Part shown: positions 59,897-64,000 of the stretch, piece after piece
Position numbering within the stretch: position 1 is the stretch's first letter
Layout: every line of letters starts with the position of its first letter
IMG/VR virus record: IMGVR_UViG_3300008113_000016
Coordinates: 32,514-96,513 of that record
Source: a virus
Length of the DNA: 64,000 nt
Direction: 5' to 3' (one strand)
Made by a program: the position numbers and the translations under genes
Notes under the pieces: model-generated
Seen by the model: only the letters and a program-made list of their open reading frames with translations
What the model was told of the DNA's origin: nothing
Database searches by the model: none

Positions 59897-60071
59897 AGTA
59901 TAACACAGGGTACTGACATTTTGAGGGGTATAAAACGGACATTCTAGACATTGTGATGTAGGTCATATGTGATGTACGCCACAGAGGGCGGGTGGTGTGA
60001 GGTATATCACAAAAATAGTTTTGAGACACGCCCGAAAAACGGGTCAAAATGTCAGTGGTAGGTGATAGGAT
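59897..60071. promoter_or_regulatory. divergent promoter hub: two PafBC-type promoters flanking three CRP-type boxes
   Basis: Minus 59897-59918 TGTCAG-N10-TATACT; plus 60050-60071 TGTCAG-N10-TAGGAT; TGTGA-N6-TCACA-like at 59952, 59968, 59996. Confidence 0.7.
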
Positions 60072-60119
60072 ACTAGGTATCAAGATGAGATAAAGGTTAT
60101 CTCAAAGAAAGGAGTCAAT

Positions 60120-60677
60120 ATGACTCACTCATTATCCGTAGTGGTAGAACCCTATCACTCTATGTCCTCTAGCAATACTAAGGATAAGAATATCTTTAGA
60201 CTTGCTAATGGTAACTACATTAGCAGAATTGCTTATGTCCATATGGTAGCCTCTGAGGGATTACTCTCTCATCGTTACCTAAGCCCTAACGAAAGTAAAT
60301 GGGTATTCCAATTTAGAAAGGAGTCTAACTAATGACTACACTTATTTGTTGTTTCTGTGAGAAAACTTATTCTCACGGAACTATGTTCTGCGGTTTCTGT
60401 AACGAATACAAAGGTCTTATGACTATTACAGATTTTGATAAATACTATGGAAAGGTATCTAACTAATGGATTACTATGACGATTACTATGATTATCAAAA
60501 CGATAACCTATTATCAGTAGGTTGTTACTGCAAGATTAATTTTGTTTGTTCTGAATGCAAGGAGGATTACCTATGAAGATTTGGATATCATGTCAGATCT
60601 GTGAACAACCTGTTGTTGAAGTAGATATTGAAGACAGTAAGTATCTAACAGCAACTTGCTCAGAGTGTTGGGATTAG
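60120..60677 (+). other. operon of four micro-ORFs, three with paired Cys motifs
   Basis: 60120-60332, 60332-60466, 60466-60576, 60573-60677 with TAATG/ATGA coupling. Confidence 0.6.
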
Positions 60678-60799
60678 CAATGCCTGCTAAATCCGCATAA
60701 TGGGCGCACTATTCAAAATCGCATAATGCTTTGAAAATTGCGTATCATACATGAAAAAATTTTATTCACATTTTTAGAATATCTAAATAAACAGTACTA

Positions 60800-61144
60800 T
60801 TAGTTACTTAGTAAGAATTTAAACACAGGAACGGTATCTGGAATCTGATCTTTGGGTGCGGTAGCAAGCCATTCTTTAATAGATTCTACAGATGCAGGAT
60901 CGTGCTCCAAGAATGGAGCATCTTCTTCTGTGTGATGAGACTCCCATTTACCAATTGGACAGGAGGTATCCTGAAACTCAATTTTTCCAGGCATGTAACA
61001 TCCACATCTTCCACATAGGTATGCTTCCTTGTGAAAGAAAGGACAGGTAGCACAAGCAGAGATTCTATGTTTGAGTACAACATCATTTACAACAGCAATC
61101 TCGTATGATGATCCATCTTCATTCTTAACAGTCTTCTTAGCCAT
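60800..61144 (-). CDS. Cys-rich protein (DUF6171-like)
   Basis: R...C..CP...C..CGC.M..K......CP.GKW. Confidence 0.65.
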   Translation of the reverse strand: MAKKTVKNEDGSSYEIAVVNDVVLKHRISACATCPFFHKEAYLCGRCGCYMPGKIEFQDTSCPIGKWESHHTEEDAPFLEHDPASVESIKEWLATAPKDQIPDTVPVFKFLLSN

Positions 61145-61376
61145 GATTTTCACTACTTTCTTGTTTCCATTTACCCAATGGGCAATATGCATGAGGCAAT
61201 TTTGCCTTTGCATTCATTATACATCCACATTGCTTACACATGTTGATAGGTTTAAGTAATTGAGGACATGCTTTGCATATCTCTAATCTATTTAAATAAA
61301 CAGTATCATTAACTTTATCTATACTAGGATTAAGCATATCCCAAGGCATTGCTTGTCTATCTGGAACATTACTCAT
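61137..61376 (-). CDS. Cys-rich protein (DUF6171-like), tandem paralogue
   Basis: RLEICKACP...CKQCGCIM.AK.......CPLGKW. Confidence 0.7.
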   Translation of the reverse strand: MSNVPDRQAMPWDMLNPSIDKVNDTVYLNRLEICKACPQLLKPINMCKQCGCIMNAKAKLPHAYCPLGKWKQESSENHG

Positions 61377-61578
61377 TGTTATCTTCTTCTCCTACAAGCG
61401 ACGGAAGTGGACACATCAGTTGTCCCTGACTATGTAATTGCCGTAGATTCAATGCATCTTCACCTTTACCTAAAGCATCGGCAACTAATAGCAACATATC
61501 ATAAACCCTACCTAGCATAATATAAGTAATTACGCCTGAGTTCTCATTAATATCTTTAAATTCAGATTCTGTGCTCAT
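61369..61578 (-). CDS. hypothetical protein
   Basis: ORF in operon. Confidence 0.55.
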   Translation of the reverse strand: MSTESEFKDINENSGVITYIMLGRVYDMLLLVADALGKGEDALNLRQLHSQGQLMCPLPSLVGEEDNNE

Positions 61579-62260
61579 GCCACGCCTTCGCTGTTATAGG
61601 AAACGATTGTAGCACAAAAGATTCGATAGCGTTAGCGTATTCACGAATCTCATATTGCGAATCTTGTTTCTTTCTTAGCGACAAAAAGTGAAGTACGGAA
61701 TTTAGTGAGGCAGTCCAATGCCATCGCACATACATAGCATATGCTGGAAGCAGCAATCTTGCTTGTTCTGGTGCGATACCATCCTCTAATGCCTCTAAAT
61801 AGGCTGTATGCCCTAATTCTGCTAGTTGTCTTAATTTGTTTGTATACATGGCTCCTGTTTCCGCCGAAACTGGCAAGCCAGAGCCTTGCTTTTTATTTTC
61901 AGGAGAAGATCTCCACTCATTTGGTAGAGGTAGATAGAAAATCTCATTTTCAGTTACATACCTCCTACTACTTTCATTCCAACCCAACTGGTCTTCTACA
62001 TGTGCGCTTGCTACAGCATGCTTATACCACTGTCTAGCGACCATAAGAGGTGCGTAGACCTCAAAGGTAAGGGCGCAATGTCTCAGTGTAGAATCATGCT
62101 TGTCACGAACTAAGAAGTTAATTAATTTTTCATCTTTGTCTGTAATTTCGACGCTTGCTTTTTCGAAAGAAGCCCTAGCAGCATTTACCACTTCTAGATC
62201 TGAACCCATTGTATGCACAAGCCCAACGTACCCATGATCTAGCACTTTGATTTTTTCCAT
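61562..62260 (-). CDS. thyX: FAD-dependent thymidylate synthase
   Basis: VNAARASF, H.S...H, VARQW..H, NESSRRY, EQAR.LLP, Q.EIR. Confidence 0.92.
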   Translation of the reverse strand: MEKIKVLDHGYVGLVHTMGSDLEVVNAARASFEKASVEITDKDEKLINFLVRDKHDSTLRHCALTFEVYAPLMVARQWYKHAVASAHVEDQLGWNESSRRYVTENEIFYLPLPNEWRSSPENKKQGSGLPVSAETGAMYTNKLRQLAELGHTAYLEALEDGIAPEQARLLLPAYAMYVRWHWTASLNSVLHFLSLRKKQDSQYEIREYANAIESFVLQSFPITAKAWHEHRI

Positions 62261-62367
62261 TTAAACCCTTACTCTAGAACCCTATTGTACCAAATCAGAC
62301 CTGATTATGCAAATGGTGTATAATTTTCTTATGACCCTTGTTGGTCATAGAAATAGGAGACATACTA

Positions 62368-62622
62368 ATGTCCGAATCATTGAAAAACCTACTATCGTCT
62401 TACGGACGACATGTTCTAGGTGCAGCAATTGCACTTTACGGTGCAGGAGTTACTGACCCTGTAGATCTACTTAACGCATTGTGGGCAGCCTTGCTCCCAG
62501 TAGCAATTCGCTATGTAAACCCAAATGACAAATCATTTGGAAGAATGCCAGAATCTGCAGAAGTTAAGGATGCGCTTGCAAAAGCAAAAGCACCTGTCAA
62601 GAAGTCCAAGAAGGTTATCTAA
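62368..62622 (+). CDS. holin-like membrane protein
   Basis: SY.R..L.A...; L...NPND..FG. Confidence 0.55.
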   Translation: MSESLKNLLSSYGRHVLGAAIALYGAGVTDPVDLLNALWAALLPVAIRYVNPNDKSFGRMPESAEVKDALAKAKAPVKKSKKVI

Positions 62623-62749
62623 ATAAAAACAGAAAGCATCTTGTGATGTGAAGTGAATTACACTTCAGGGGTACTTAAATAAAAAAATAAAGGGGTTACA
62701 TGCAAATGTGACTCCTTTATTTATTTTAATCTTGTATAATGAGATTATT

Positions 62750-63049
62750 ATGAATATCCTTGAGTGGACTGTTCTGATAGGAGCAGCAATTGGCGCAATT
62801 GGCGTAATGTTTGCATTTGTAAAGAAGGTGGTTTTATTGTTTAAAACATGGTTCCAATTTACTGATGCCTGGTTTGGCACAGAAGAAACTCTTGGCGTTG
62901 TAAAGCGTCTAGAAGAGGGAAACCAAAGATTTGACAACATCGAATCTGAACTTATGATTATTAAGGCAGAGTTATTTAATAATCATGGAACCTCACTAAG
63001 AGATTCTATTGATAGGATCGAAGCAGCAGTAACTAAGAAAGACGACTAA
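62750..63049 (+). CDS. membrane-anchored coiled-coil protein
   Basis: N-terminal TM; EL..N.G.SLRD.IDRIE. Confidence 0.6.
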   Translation: MNILEWTVLIGAAIGAIGVMFAFVKKVVLLFKTWFQFTDAWFGTEETLGVVKRLEEGNQRFDNIESELMIIKAELFNNHGTSLRDSIDRIEAAVTKKDD

Positions 63050-63050
63050 G

Positions 63051-63998
63051 TTGAAATATACTTTTAATGGTTGTTCTGCCTCCGTTGCTACTGGATACGG
63101 ATATGCAGCATTTAAAGTTATCATGACTATGAAACGTTTGGGTTATGACGTTGCAACAAATGATACTGGAGATGTAGAAATTACATTCTCTTTGCCTAAT
63201 GGATATCAACACACAAAAGAAAAAAATTTTAAAGTTGGATACACAGCATGGGAAAGCGGAGACTTTTATGTTTCTTGGCTTGATCCACTAAAGAACGTAG
63301 ACGAACTATGGGTTCCTAACCAATATACTAAATCAGTTTTTCAACCTTGGGTAGAAAAAGAGATCCAAGTGTTTCCTCATGGAGTAGATCCTGTTTGGAG
63401 TCCCAAGCAACGTGAAAGAGGCAAGAAGGTTAGATACCTACACATTGGGTACCCTGCTGTAAGAAAAAACCTTCAGTTGGCTGTAGAAGGCTTTTTAGAG
63501 GTATTTGGACCTGACAGTAAAGATGCAGAATTGATCATTAAGTGTTATGGGGAACATACCCCTCCTAACATTCCCAAAGATGATAGTATTAAAATTATTT
63601 CAGAAACAATGACAACAGACAATCTCGTAAAACTATTTCACTCTTGCGATGTTTTACTTTATCCATCTATGGGAGAGGGATTTGGAATGCTTCCTCTTCA
63701 AGCCCTTGCAACTGGAATGCCTGCAATCGTAACAGAGGGTTGGGCTGACTATCTGTGGCTTGCTCCAAAACTTGGCGTTAAAAGCCTCTACGGAGAGCAT
63801 GGAGAGGGTCGCAGGCACCCAGGGGATATGTTTGTACCAGATAGAGAAGACTTTGTTAACAAGATTAAGCAATCATATGAAGAAATAGATAATTTACAAT
63901 CAGAGTATCTAGAAATCTCTAAAGATATACATAAACATTATAGTTGGGATTTTGTAGTCAGTGAATTTTTCAAATCTTTTGAAAATAGATATATATAA
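63051..63998 (+). CDS. glycosyltransferase family 4 (GT-B)
   Basis: TGYG, HGVD, RKN, YPSMGEGFGMLPLQALATGMP. Confidence 0.88.
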   Translation: MKYTFNGCSASVATGYGYAAFKVIMTMKRLGYDVATNDTGDVEITFSLPNGYQHTKEKNFKVGYTAWESGDFYVSWLDPLKNVDELWVPNQYTKSVFQPWVEKEIQVFPHGVDPVWSPKQRERGKKVRYLHIGYPAVRKNLQLAVEGFLEVFGPDSKDAELIIKCYGEHTPPNIPKDDSIKIISETMTTDNLVKLFHSCDVLLYPSMGEGFGMLPLQALATGMPAIVTEGWADYLWLAPKLGVKSLYGEHGEGRRHPGDMFVPDREDFVNKIKQSYEEIDNLQSEYLEISKDIHKHYSWDFVVSEFFKSFENRYI

Positions 63999-64000
63999 TA

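Noticed and set aside
1-64000. Stop-codon reassignment, or prophage/cellular origin
   Set aside because: Long conserved genes are intact in the standard code using all three stops; no integrase, rRNA or host housekeeping operons seen

Overview
A 64 kb segment of a large, AT-rich tailed dsDNA phage, not a cellular chromosome. The host is probably a low-GC (freshwater-type) actinobacterium, inferred from whiB, an actinobacterial Zn-finger protein, an FmdB-type Zn ribbon and a host-like secreted protein. Layout: PASTA/mucin-like/Hint/glycosyltransferase block (1-4.4 kb); replication and recombination (dnaB, primase, SSB, dnaE, recA, resolvases, Cas4-like nuclease; 4.7-17.3 kb); terminase (17.3-19.7 kb); tRNA-Arg, radical SAM and a structured ncRNA (20-21.9 kb); tail/fibre genes plus a U32-methyltransferase fusion (21.9-37.2 kb); whiB, HslV-like, surface and lysis genes (37.3-47.8 kb); hsp20 and a DnaA-box cluster (47.9-48.8 kb); a mostly minus-strand region of small, probably early genes (49-60.7 kb); thyX, holin-like genes and a GT4 (60.8-64 kb). 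The most striking signal is non-coding and lies in the 48.4-60.1 kb region. It holds 11 promoters with the exact actinobacterial PafBC/RecA-NDp DNA-damage architecture (TGTCAG-N10-TANNNT), about 12 CRP-type boxes, DnaA boxes, a fixed-spacing CCNGTGA-N15-CGTAAT motif, and five covarying 3'-UTR H-type pseudoknots. Together these suggest a phage programme wired to host global regulators. All protein calls come from motif recognition by eye; no searches were run.
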